DNA of 64,000 nucleotides, taken from contig JASTWF010000331.1 of the NCBI GenBank assembly GCA_030390025.1, positions 186,001 to 250,000 of the forward strand. Reading direction: 5' to 3'. Within the stretch, counting starts at the first letter, position 1. Each line of letters begins with the position of its first letter. The notes beneath the pieces were generated by a model. The model saw nothing but the letters and a program-made list of their open reading frames with translations. It did not search any database and had not been told where the DNA came from. Below are positions 21,905 through 35,100 of this stretch, one piece after another. This DNA is from Squalus acanthias (taxonomy: Eukaryota). The position numbers were made by a program, and so were the translations under genes.

Positions 21905-22985
21905 GCTCCACTGGCTTCTCTACCCGCTCCCGCTCTGTTATCTCTGGTATCCCCAAGGATCTATCCTTGTCCCCTCCTATTTATCATCTAAATGCTGCCC
22001 CTTGGCGACATCATCCGAAAATACAACGTCAGGTTCCACTGAGGAGACTCAGCTCTACCTCATCACCATCTCTCTCAGGCCCTCCACTGTCTCTGATGCG
22101 TCACGCAGCTTGTCCGACATGCAGTATTGGCTGAGCAAACACTTCCTCCTATTAGATTTTGGGCAGACCAAAGCCATTATCTTTGGTCGCGGCCATGAAC
22201 TCCATTCCCTAGCCATCGACTCCCTCCCTCTCCCTGGCAACAGTGTGACTCTGAACCAGACTGTTTGCAACCAATGCATCCTATTAGATCCTGAGCTGTC
22301 CTTTCGCCCCCATACCCTCTCCAGCAACAAAACCACCTACTTCCACCTCCGTAACATTCGCTGTCTGCGCCCCTGCCTCAGCCCATCTGATGCTGAAATC
22401 CTCATCTATGCCTTTGTTATCTCCAGTCTCACTTATTCCAACACGCTATGTCTTGCCAACCAACCACCTTCCATCCTCTGTCAATTTGAGCTTATCCAAA
22501 AGTCTGCTGTGCCTATCGGAACTCGCACCGAGTCCCGTTCACCCATCACCCATGTGCTCGCTGACCTACACCGGCTCCCGGTCTGGCAAAGCCTTGATTT
22601 TGAAATGATCATCCTTGTTTTCAAACCCTCCATGACCTCATCCTTCCTGAAATCTGTAAACTCCTCCAGACCTACAGCCCTGCGAGATCTCCGCACTCCT
22701 CAATTTTGGCCTTTGCGTATCCCTAATTTTCACCTCTCCATTATTGGCGGCTGTGTTCTCAGCAGCCTCGAGCCCGCACTCTGGAATTCCCTCTCTAAAA
22801 CTATCCGCCTCCACTTATCGCCTTTTCACTCTTAAAATTATATCTCTTCGACTAAGCTTTTGGTCACACGTTGTAATATCTCTTTATTTGGTTCGGTGTT
22901 TCATTTTCCTGATTACACTCCAATTAAGCGTCTTGGGACTTAATTACTACGTTAAAGGGGATGAATAAATTCAAGTCTTGTTGTT
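21905..22985 (+). mobile_element. L2-clade LINE 3' fragment
   Basis: SGIPQGSIL (~21945-21970), TQLYL, LSDMQYWLSKHFLLL, YFHLRNIRCLRPCLS, HVLADLHRLPV, LWNSL; tail AATAAATTCAAGTCTTGTTGTT. Confidence 0.9.
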
Positions 22986-23100
22986 AATCCCCTTTTTACC
23001 TTCACAATAACATTAACATTTCCCTGCGACATCTAAACCGGAAATGTATCGAATTTCCCAAGTACTCAGCCAAGATCTGATCAAATAATTGAGGTACATA

Positions 23101-26100
23101 AGTACATTGTGCGCCTGTCCCCCTCTCAGTGCTGGCCAATCAGTACATTGTGAGCCTGCAGCCATCTCAGTGCTGGTCAATCAGTACATTGTGAGCCTGT
23201 CCCTCTCTCAGTGCTGGTCAATCAGTACATTGTGAGCCTGTCCCTCTCTCAGTGCTGCCCAATCAGTAAATTGTGAGTCTGTCCCTCTTTCAGTGCTGGT
23301 CAATCAGTACATTGTGAGTCTGTCCCTCTCTCAGTGCTGCCCAATCAGTACATTGTGAGTCTGTCCCTCTCTCAGTGCTGGTCAATCAGTACATTGTGAG
23401 TCTGTCCCTCTCTCAGTGCTGGTCAATCAGTACATTGTGAGTCTGTCCCTCTCTCAGTGCTGGTCAATCAGTACATTGTGAGCCTGTCCCTCTCTCAGTG
23501 CTGGTCAATCAGTACATTGTGAGTCTGTCCCTCTCTCAGTGCTGGTCAATCAGTACATTGTGAGTCTGTCCCTCTCTCAGTGCTGGTCAATCAGTACATT
23601 GTGAGCCTGTCCCTCTCTCAGTGCTGGTCAATCAGTACATTGTGAGTCTGTCCCTCTCTCAGTGCTGGTCAATCAGTACATTGTGAGCCTGTCCCTCTCT
23701 CAGTGCTGGCCAATCAGTACATTGTGAGCCTGTCCCCCTCTCAGTGCTGGTCAATCAGTACATTGTGAGCCTGTCCCCTCTCAGTGCTGGTCAATCAGTA
23801 CATTGTGAGCCTGTCCCTCTCTCAGTGCTGGTCAATCAGTACATTGTGAGTCTGTCCCTCTCTCAGTGCTGGTCAATCAGTACATTGTGAGTCTGTCCCT
23901 CTCTCAGTGCTGGTCAATCAGTACATTGTGAGTCTGTCCCTCTCTCAGTGCTGGTCAATCAGTACATTGTGAGCCTGTCCCTCTCTCAGTGCTGCCCAAT
24001 CAGTACATTGTGAGTCTGTCCCTCTCTCAGTGCTGTCAATCAGTACATTGTGAGTCTGTCCCTCTCTCAGTGCTGGTCAATCAGTACATTGTGAGTCTGT
24101 CCCTCTCTCAGTGCTGGTCAATCAGTACATTGTGAGTCTGTCCCTCTCTCAGTGCTGGTCAATCAGTACATTGTGAGTCTGTCCCTCTCTCAGTGCTGGT
24201 CAATCAGTACATTGTGAGCCTGTCCCTCTCTCAGTGCTGGTCAATCAGTACATTGTGAGTCTGTCCCTCTCTCAGTGCTGGTCAATCAGTACATTGTGAG
24301 TCTGTCCCTCTCTCAGTGCTGGTCAATCAGTACATTGTGAGTCTGTCCCTCTCTCAGTGCTGGTCAATCAGTACATTGTGAGCCTGTCCCTCTCTCAGTG
24401 CTGGTCAATCAGTACATTGTGAGCCTGTCCCTCTCTCAGTGCTGGTCAATCAGTACATTGTGAGCCTGTCCCTCTCTCAGTGCTGGTCAATCAGTACATT
24501 GTGAGTCTGTCCCTCTCTCAGTGCTGGTCAATCAGTACATTGTGAGCCTGTCCCTCTCTCAGTGCTGGTCAATCAGTACATTGTGAGTCTGTCCCTCTCT
24601 CAGTGCTGTCAATCAGTACATTGTGAGTCTGTCCCTCTCTCAGTGCTGGTCAATCAGTACATTGTGAGCCTGTCCCTCTCTCAGTGCTGGTCAATCAGTA
24701 CATTGTGAGTCTGTCCCTCTCTCAGTGCTGTCAATCAGTACATTGTGAGTCTGTCCCTCTCTCAGTGCTGGTCAATCAGTACATTGTGAGTCTGTCCCTC
24801 TCTCAGTGCTGGTCAATCAGTACATTGTGAGCCTGTCCCTCTCTCAGTGCTGTCAATCAGTACATTGTGAGTCTGTCCCTCTCTCAGTGCTGGTCAATCA
24901 GTACATTGTGAGTCTGTCCCTCTCTCAGAGCTGCCCAATCAGTACATTGTGAGCTGTCCCTCTCTCAGTGCTGGTCAATCAGTACATTGTGAGTCTGTCC
25001 CACTCTCAGTGCTGGCTCAATCAGTACATTGTGAGCCTGTCCCTCTCTCAGGTGCTGGTCAATCAGTACATTGTGAGTCTGTCCCTCTCTCAGTGCTGGT
25101 CAATCAGTACATTGTGAGTCTGTCCCACTCTCAGTGCTGGTCAATCAGTACATTGTGAGCTCTGTCCCTCTCTCAGTGCTGGTCAATCAGTACATTGTGA
25201 GCCTGTCCCTCTCTCAGTGCTGCCCAATCAGTACATTGTTGAGACTGTCCCTCTCTCAGTGCTGGTCAATCAGTACATTGTGAGTCTGTCCCTCTCTCAG
25301 TGCTGGTCAATCAGTACATTGTGAGTCTGTCCCTCTCTCAGTGCTGGCCCAATCAGTACATTGTGAGTCTGTCCCTCTCTCAGTGCTGGTCCAATCAGTA
25401 CATTGTGAGTCTGTCCCTCTCTCAGTGCTGGTCAATCAGTACATTGTGAGCCTGTCCCTCTCTCAGTGCTGGTCAATCAGTACATTGTGAGCCTGTCCCT
25501 CTCTCAGTGCTGGTCAATCAGTACATTGTGAGTCTGTCCCTCTCTCAGTGCTGGTCAATCAGTACATTGTGAGCCTGTCCCTCTCTCAGTGCTGGTCAAT
25601 CAGTACATTGTGAGCCTGTCCCTCTCTCAGTGCTGGTCAATCAGTACATTGTGAGTCTGTCCCTCTCTCAGTGCTGGTCAATCAGTACATTGTGAGTCTG
25701 TCCCTCTCTCAGTGCTGGTCAATCAGTACATTGTGAGTCTGTCCCTCTCTCAGTGCTGGTCAATCAGTACATTGTGAGCCTGTCCCTCTCTCAGTGCTGG
25801 TCAATCAGTACATTGTGAGTCTGTCCCTCTCTCAGTGCTGGTCAATCAGTACATTGTGAGTCTGTCCCTCTCTCAGTGCTGGTCAATCAGTACATTGTGA
25901 GTCTGTCCCTCTCTCAGTGCTGGTCAATCAGTACATTGTGAGCCTGTCCCTCTCTCAGTGCTGGTCAATCAGTACATTGTGAGCCTGTCCCTCTCTCAGT
26001 GCTGGTCAATCAGTACATTGTGAGTCTGTCCCTCTCTCAGTGCTGGTCAATCAGTACATTGTGAGTCTGTCCCTCTCTCAGTGCTGGTCAATCAGTACAT

Positions 26101-29100
26101 TGTGAGCCTGTCCCTCTCTCAGTGCTGGTCAATCAGTACATTGTGAGTCTGTCCCTCTCTCAGTGCTGGTCAATCAGTACATTGTGAGCCTGTCCCTCTC
26201 TCAGTGCTGGTCAATCAGTACATTGTGAGTCTGTCCCTCTCTCAGTGCTGGTCAATCAGTACATTGTGAGTCTGTCCCTCTCTCAGTGCTGGTCAATCAG
26301 TACATTGTGAGTCTGTCCCTCTCTCAGTGCTGTCAATCAGTACATTGTGAGCCTGTCCCTCTCTCAGTGCTGGTCAATCAGTACATTGTGAGTCTGTCCC
26401 TCTCTCAGTGCTGGTCAATCAGTACATTGTGAGTCTGTCCCTCTCTCAGTGCTGGTCAATCAGTACATTGTGAGTCTGTCCCTCTCTCAGTGCTGCCCAA
26501 TCAGTACATTGTGAGTCTGTCCCTCTCTCAGTGCTGGTCAATCAGTACATTGTGAGTCTGTCCCTCTCTCAGTGCTGGTCAATCAGTACATTGTGAGTCT
26601 GTCCCTCTCTCAGTGCTGCCAATCAGTACATTGTGAGCCTGTCCCTCTCTCAGTGCTGGTCAATCAGTACATTGTGAGCCTGTCCCTCTCTCAGTGCTGG
26701 TCAATCAGTACATTGTGAGCCTGTCCCTCTCTCAGTGCTGGTCAATCAGTACATTGTGAGCCTGTCCCTCTCTCAGTGCTGGTCAATCAGTACATTGTGA
26801 GCCTGTCCCTCTCTCAGTGCTGCCAATCAGTACATTGTGAGCCTGTCCCTCTCTCAGTGCTGCCCAATCAGTACATTGTGAGCCTGTCCCTCTCTCAGTG
26901 CTGGTCAATCAGTACATTGTGAGTCTGTCCCTCTCTCAGTGCTGGTCAATCAGTACATTGTGAGTCTGTCCCTCTCTCAGTGCTGGTCAATCAGTACATT
27001 GTGAGTCTGTCCCTCTCTCAGTGCTGCCAATCAGTACATTGTGAGCTGTCCCTCTCTCAGTGCTGGTCAATCAGTACATTGTGAGTCTGTCCCTCTCTCA
27101 GTGCTGGCCAATCAGTACATTGTGAGTCTGTCCCTCTCTCAGTGCTGGTCAATCAGTACATTGTGAGCCTGTCCCTCTCTCAGTGCTGGTCAATCAGTAC
27201 ATTGTGAGCCTGTCCCTCTCTCAGTGCTGGTCAATCAGTACATTGTGAGCCTGTCCCTCTCTCAGTGCTGGTCAATCAGTACATTGTGAGTCTGTCCCTC
27301 TCTCAGTGCTGGTCAATCAGTACATTGTGAGTCTGTCCCTCTCTCAGTGCTGGTCAATCAGTACATTGTGAGTCTGTCCCTCTCTCAGTGCTGGTCAATC
27401 AGTACATTGTGAGTCTGTCCCTCTCTCAGTGCTGGTCAATCAGTACATTGTGAGTCTGTCCCTCTCTCAGTGCTGGTCAATCAGTACATTGTGAGTCTGT
27501 CCCTCTCTCAGTGCTGGTCAATCAGTACATTGTGAGTCTGTCCCTCTCTCAGTGCTGTCAATCAGTACATTGTGAGCCTGTCCCTCTCTCAGTGCTGGTC
27601 AATCAGTACATTGTGAGCCTGTCCCTCTCTCAGTGCTGCCAATCAGTACATTGTGAGTCTGTCCCTCTCTCAGTGCTGGTCAATCAGTACATTGTGAGCC
27701 TGTCCCTCTCTCAGTGCTGGTCAATCAGTACATTGTGAGCCTGTCCCTCTCTCAGTGCTGGTCAATCAGTACATTGTGAGTCTGTCCCTCTCTCAGTGCT
27801 GGTCAATCAGTACATTGTGAGTCTGTCCCTCTCTCAGTGCTGGTCAATCAGTACATTGTGAGCCTGTCCCTCTCTCAGTGCTGGTCAATCAGTACATTGT
27901 GAGTCTGTCCCTCTCTCAGTGCTGGTCAATCAGTACATTGTGAGCCTGTCCCTCTCTCAGTGCTGGTCAATCAGTACATTGTGAGTCTGTCCCTCTCTCA
28001 GTGCTGGTCAATCAGTACATTGTGAGCCTGTCCCCCTCTCAGTGCTGGTCAATCAGTACATTGTGAGCCTGTCCCTCTCTCAGTGCTGGTCAATCAGTAC
28101 ATTGTGAGCCTGTCCCTCTCTCAGTGCTGGTCAATCAGTACATTGTGAGTCTGTCCCTCTCTCAGTGCTGGTCAATCAGTACATTGTGAGTCTGTCCCTC
28201 TCTCAGTGCTGGTCAATCAGTACATTGTGAGTCTGTCCCTCTCTCAGTGCTGCCCAATCAGTACATTGTGTGTCTGTCCCTCTCTCAGTGCTGGTCAATC
28301 AGTACATTGTGAGTCTGTCCCTCTCTCAGTGCTGCCCAATCAGTACATTGTGAGTCTGTCCCTCTCTCAGTGCTGGTCAATCAGTACATTGTGAGCCTGT
28401 CACTCTCTCAGTGCTGGTCAATCAGTACATTGTGAGTCTGTCCCTCTCTCAGTGCTGGTCAATCAGTACATTGTGAGTCTGTCCCTCTCTCAGTGCTGCC
28501 CAATCAGTACATTGTGAGTCTGTCCCTCTCTCAGTGCTGGTCAATCAGTACATTGTGAGCCTGTCCCTCTCTCAGTGCTGGTCAATCAGTACATTGTGAG
28601 CCTGTCCCTCTCTCAGTGCTGCCCAATCAGTACATTGTGAGCCTGTCCCTCTCTCAGTGCTGCCCAATCAGTACATTGTGAGCCTGTCCCTCTCTCAGTG
28701 CTGGTCAATCAGTACATTGTGAGCCTGTCCCTCTCTCAGTGCTGGTCAATCAGTACATTGTGAGCCTGTCCCTCTCTCAGTGCTGCCCAATCAGTACATT
28801 GTGAGCCTGTCCCTCTCTCAGTGCTGGTCAATCAGTACATTGTGAGCCTGTCCCTCTCTCAGTGCTGCCCAATCAGTACATTGTGAGTCTGTCCCTCTCT
28901 CAGTGCTGGTCAATCAGTACATTGTGAGCCTGTCCCTCTCTCAGTGCTGGTCAATCAGTACATTGTGAGCCTGTCCCTCTCTCAGTGCTGGTCAATCAGT
29001 ACATTGTGAGCCTGTCCCTCTCTCAGTGCTGGTCAATCAGTACATTGTGAGTCTGTCCCTCTCTCAGTGCTGGTCAATCAGTACATTGTGAGTCTGTCCC

Positions 29101-32100
29101 TCTCTCAGTGCTGGTCAATCAGTACATTGTGAGTCTGTCCCTCTCTCAGTGCTGCCCAATCAGTACATTGTGAGTCTGTCCCTCTCTCAGTGCTGGACAA
29201 TCAGTACATTGTGAGCCTGTCCCTCTCTCAGTGCTGCCCAATCAGTACATTGTGAGTCTGTCCCTCTCTCAGTGCTGGTCAATCAGTACATTGTGAGCCT
29301 GTCCCCTCTCAGTGCTGGTCAATCAGTACATTGTGAGCCTGTCCCTCTCTCAGTGCTGCTCAATCAGTACATTGTGAGCCTGTCCCTCTCTCAGTGCTGG
29401 TCAATCAGTACATTGTGAGTCTGTCCCTCTCTCAGTGCTGGTCAATCAGTACATTGTGAGCCTGTCCCTCTCTCAGTGCTGGTCAATCAGTACATTGTGA
29501 GTCTGTCCCTCTCTCAGTGCTGGTCAATCAGTACATTGTGAGCCTGTCCCCTCTCTCAGTGCTGGTCAATCAGTACATTGTGAGCCTGTCCCTCTCTCAG
29601 TGCTGGTCAATCAGTACATTGTGAGCCTGTCCCTCTCTCAGTGCTGGTCAATCAGTACATTGTGAGTCTGTCCCTCTCTCAGTGCTGGTCAATCAGTACA
29701 TTGTGAGTCTGTCCCTCTCTCAGTGCTGCCCAATCAGTACATTGTGAGCCTGTCCCTCTCTCAGTGCTGCCCAATCAGTACATTGTGAGTCTGTCCCTCT
29801 CTCAGTGCTGGTCAATCAGTACATTGTGAGTCTGTCCCTCTCTCAGTGCTGGTCAATCAGTACATTGTGAGTCTGTCCCTCTCTCAGTGCTGGTCAATCA
29901 GTACATTGTGAGCCTGTCCCTCTCTCAGTGCTGGTCAATCAGTACATTGTGAGCCTGTCCCTCTCTCAGTGCTGCCCAATCAGTACATTGTGAGTCTGTC
30001 CCTCTCTCAGTGCTGGTCAATCAGTACATTGTGAGTCTGTCCCTCTCTCAGTGCTGCCCAATCAGTACATTGTGAGTCTGTCCCTCTCTCAGTGCTGGTC
30101 AATCAGTACATTGTGAGCCTGTCCCTCTCTCAGTGCTGGTCAATCAGTACATTGTGAGTCTGTCCCTCTCTCAGTGCTGGTCAATCAGTACATTGTGAGT
30201 CTGTCCCTCTCTCAGTGCTGCCCAATCAGTACATTGTGAGTCTGTCCCTCTCTCAGTGCTGGTCAATCAGTACATTGTGAGTCTGTCCCTCTCTCAGTGC
30301 TGGTCAATCAGTACATTGTGAGTCTGTCCCTCTCTCAGTGCTGCCCAATCAGTACATTGTGAGCCTGTCCCTCTCTCAGTGCTGCCCAATCAGTACATTG
30401 TGAGCCTGTCCCTCTCTCAGTGCTGGTCAATCAGTACATTGTGAGCCTGTCCCTCTCTCAGTGCTGGTCAATCAGTACATTGTGAGCCTGTCCCTCTCTC
30501 AGTGCTGGTCAATCAGTACATTGTGAGTCTGTCCCTCTCTCAGTGCTGGTCAATCAGTACATTGTGAGCCTGTCCCTCTCTCAGTGCTGGTCAATCAGTA
30601 CATTGTGAGCCTGTCCCTCTCTCAGTGCTGCCCAATCAGTACATTGTGAGCCTGTCCCTCTCTCAGTGCTGGTCAATCAGTACATTGTGAGTCTGTCCCT
30701 CTCTCAGTGCTGCCCAATCAGTACATTGTGAGTCTGTCCCTCTCTCAGTGCTGGTCAATCAGTACATTGTGAGCCTGTCCCTCTCTCAGTGCTGGTCAAT
30801 CAGTACATTGTGAGCCTGTCCCTCTCTCAGTGCTGCCCAATCAGTACATTGTGAGCCTGTCCCTCTCTCAGTGCTGCCCAATCAGTACATTGTGAGCCTG
30901 TCCCTCTCTCAGTGCTGGTCAATCAGTACATTGTGCGCCTGTCCCTCTCTCAGTGCTGGTCAATCAGTACATTGTGAGCCTGTCCCTCTCTCAGTGCTGC
31001 CCAATCAGTACATTGTGAGCCTGTCCCTCTCTCAGTGCTGGTCAATCAGTACATTGTGAGCCTGTCCCTCTCTCAGTGCTGCCCAATCAGTACATTGTGA
31101 GTCTGTCCCTCTCTCAGTGCTGGTCAATCAGCACATTGTGCGCCTGTACCACTCTCAGCGCTGGTCAATCAGTACATTGTGAGCCTGTCCCCCTCTCAGT
31201 GCTGGTCAATCAGTACATTGTGAGCCTGTCACTCTCTCAGTGCTGGTCAATCAGTAGATTGTGAGTCTGTCCCTCTCACAGTGCTGGTCAATCAGTACAT
31301 TGTGAGTCTTTCCCTCTCTCAGTGCTGGTCAATCAGTACATTGTGAGTCTGTCCCTCTCTCAGTGCTGCCCAATCAGTACATTGTGAGTCTGTCCCTCTC
31401 TCAGTGCTGGACAATCAGTACATTGTGAGCCTGTCCCTCTCTCAGTGCTGCCCAATCAGTACATTGTGAGTCTGTCCCTCTCTCAGTGCTGGTCAATTAG
31501 CACATTGTGAGCCTGTACACCTCTCAGCTTTGGTCAATCAGTACATTGTGAGCCTGTACCTCTCTCAGTGCTTGTCAATCAGTACATTGTGAGCCTGTCC
31601 CTCTCTCAGTGCTGGTCAATCAGTACATTGTGAGTCTGTCCCTCTCTCTGTGCTGGTCAATCAGTACATTGTGAGCCTGTCCCTCTCTCAGTGCTGGTCA
31701 ATCAGTACATTGTGAGTCTGTCCCTCTCTCAGTGCTGGTCAATCAGTACATTGTGAGCCTGTCCCCCCCTCAGTGCTGGTCAATCAGTACATTGTGAGCC
31801 TGTCACTCTCTCAGCGCTGGTCAATCAGTACATTGTGAGCCTGTCCCTCTCTCAGTGCTGGTCAATCAGTACATTGTGAGTCTGTCCCTCTCTCAGTGCT
31901 GGTCAATCAGTACATTGTGAGTCTGTCCCTCTCTCAGTGCTGCCCAATGAGCAAATTGTGAGCCTGTCCCTCTCTCAATGCTGCCCAATCAGTACATTGT
32001 GAGTCTGTCCCTCTCTCAGTGCTGGTCAATCAGTACATTGTGAGTCTGTCCCTCTCTCAGTGCTGGTCAATCAGTACATTGTGAGTCTGTCCCTCTCTCA

Positions 32101-35100
32101 GTGCTGGTCAATCAGTACATTGTGAGCCTGTCCCTCTCTCAGTGCTGGTCAATCAGTACATTGTGAGCCTGTCCCTCTCTTAGTGCTGCCCAATCAGTAC
32201 ATTGTGTGTCTGTCCCTCTCTCAGTGCTGGTCAATCAGTACATTGTGAGTCTGTGCCTCTCTCAGTGCTGCCCAATCAGTACATTGTGAGTCTGTCCCTC
32301 TCTCAGCGCTGGTCAATCAGTACACTGTGAGCCTGTCACTCTCTCAGTGCTGGTCAATCAGTACATTGTGTGTCTGTCCCTCTCTCAGTGCTGGTCAATC
32401 AGTACATTGTGAGTCTGTCCCTCTCTCAGTGCTGCCCAATCAGTACATTGTGAGTCTGTCCCTCTCTCAGTGCTGGTCTATCAGTACATTGTGAGTCTGT
32501 CCCTCTCTCAGTGCTGGTCAATCAGTACATTGTGAGTCTGTCCCTCTCTCAGTGCTGCCCAATCAGTACATTGTGAGCCTGTCCCTCTCTCAGAGCTGCC
32601 CAATCAGTACATTGTGAGCCTGTCCCCCTCTCAGTGCTGGTCAATCAGTACATTGTGCGCCTGTCCCTCTCTCAGTGCTGGTCAATCTGTACATTGTGAG
32701 CCTGTCCCTCTCTCTCTGCTGGTCAATCAGTACATTGTGAGTCTGTCCCTCTCTCTGTGCAGGTCAATCAGTATATTGTGAGCCTGTCCCTCTCTCTGTG
32801 CTGGTCAATCAGTACATTGTGAGCCTGTCCCTCTCTCAGTGCTGCCCAATCAGTACATTGTGAGCCTGTCCCTCTCTCAGTGCTGGTCAATCAGTACATT
32901 GTGAGCCTGTCCCTCTCTCAGTGCTGCCCAATCAGTACATTGTGAGTCTGTCCCTCTCTCAGTGCTGGTCAATCAGCACATTGTGAGCCTGTACACCTCT
33001 CAGCGCTGGTCAATCAGTACATTGTGAGCCTGTCCCCCTCTCAGTGCTGGTCAATCAGTACATTGTGAGTCTGTCACTCTCTCAGTGCTGCCCAATCAGT
33101 ACATTGTGAGCCTGTCCCTCTCTCAGTGCTGGTCAATCAGTACATTGTGCGCCTGTCCCTCTCTCAGTGCTGGTCAATCTGTACATTGTGAGCCTGTCCC
33201 TCTCTCAGTGCTGGTCAATCAGTACATTGTGAGTCTGTCCCTCTCTCTGTGCTGGTCAATCAGTACATTGTGAGCCTGTCCCTCTCTCAGTGCTGGTCAA
33301 TCAGTACATTGTGAGTCTGTCCCTCTCTCAGTGCTGCCCAAACAGTACATTGTGAGTCTGTCCCTCTCTCAGTGCTGCCCAATCAGTACATTGTGAGTCT
33401 GTCCCTCTCCCAGTGCTGCCCAATGTTTACATTGTGAGCCTGTCCCTCTCAGTGCTGGTCAGTCAGTACATTGTGAGTCTGTCCCTCTCTCAGTGCTGCC
33501 CAATGTTTACATTGTGAGTCTGTCCCTCTCTCAGTGCTGGTCAATCAGTACATTGTGAGTCTGTCCCTCTCTCAGTGCTGGTCAATCAGTACATTGTGAG
33601 CCTGTCCCCCTCTCAGTGCTGGTCAATCAGTACATTGTGAGCCTCTCCCTCTCTCAGTGCTGGTCAATCAGTACATTGTGAGCCTGTCCCCCTCTCAGTG
33701 CTGCCCAATCAGTACATTGTGAGCCTGTCCCTCTCTCAGTGCTGCTCAATCAGTACATTGTGAGCCTGTCCCCCTCTCAGTGCTCGTCAATCAGTACATT
33801 GTGAGTCTGTCCCTCTCTTAGAGCTGCCCAATCAGTACATTGTGAGTCTGTCCCTCTCTCAGTGCTGCCCAATCAGTACATTGTGAGTCTGTCCCTCTCT
33901 CAGTGCTGGCCAATCAGTACATTGTGAGCCTGTCCCCCTCTCAGTGCTGGCCAATCAGTACATTGTGAGCCTGTCCCCCTCTCAGTGCTGGCCAATCAGT
34001 ACATTGTGAGCCTGTCCCCCTCTCAGTGCTGGTCAATCAGTACATTGTGAGCCTGTCACTCTCTCAGCGCTGGTCAATCAGTACATTGTGAGCCTGTCCC
34101 CCTCTCAGTGCTGGTCAATCAGTACATTGTGAGCCTGTCACTCTCTCAGCGCTGGTCAATCAGTACATTGTGAGCCTGTCCCTCTCTCAGTGCTGGTCAA
34201 TCAGTACATTGTGAGTCTGTCCCTCTCTCAGTGCTGGTCAATCAGTACATTGTGAGTCTTTCCCTCTCTCAGTGCTGGTCAATCAGTACATTGTGAGTCT
34301 GTCCCTCACTCAGTGCTGCCCAATCAGTACATTGTGAGCCTGTCCCCCTCTCAGTGCTGGTCAATCAGTACATTGTGAGTCTGTCCCTCTCTCAGTGCTG
34401 GTCAATCAGTACATTGTGAGCCTGTCCCTCTCTCAGTGATGCCCAATCAGTACATTGTGAGTCTGTCCCCCTCTCAGTGCTGGTCAATCAGTACATTGTG
34501 TGTCTGTCCCTCTCTCAGTGCTGGTCAATCAGTACATTGTGAGTCTGTCCCTCTCTCAGTGCTGCCCAATCAGTACATTGTGAGCCTCTCCCTCTCTCAG
34601 TGCTGGTCAATCAGTACATTGTGAGTCTGTCCCTCTCTCAGTGCTGGCCAATCAGTACATTGTGAGCCTGTCCCCCTCTCAGTGCTGGTCAATCAGTACA
34701 TTGTGAGCCTGTCCCTCTCTCAGTGCTGGTCAATCAGTAAATTGTGAGTCTGTCCCTCTCTCAGTGCTGGTCAATCAGTACATTGTGAGCCTGTCACTCT
34801 CTCAGCGCTGGTCAATCAGTACATTGTGAGCCTGTCCCCCTCTCAGTGCTGGTCAATCAGTACATTGTGAGCCTGTCACTCTCTCAGCGCTGGTCAATCA
34901 GTACATTGTGAGCCTGTCCCTCTCTCAGTGCTGGTCAATCAGTACATTGTGAGTCTGTCCCTCTCTCAGTGCTGGTCAATCAGTACATTGTGAGTCTGTC
35001 CCTCTCTCAGTGCTGGTCAATCAGTACATTGTGAGTCTGTCCCTCACTCAGTGCTGCCCAATCAGTACATTGTGAGCCTGTCCCCTCTCAGTGCTGGTCA

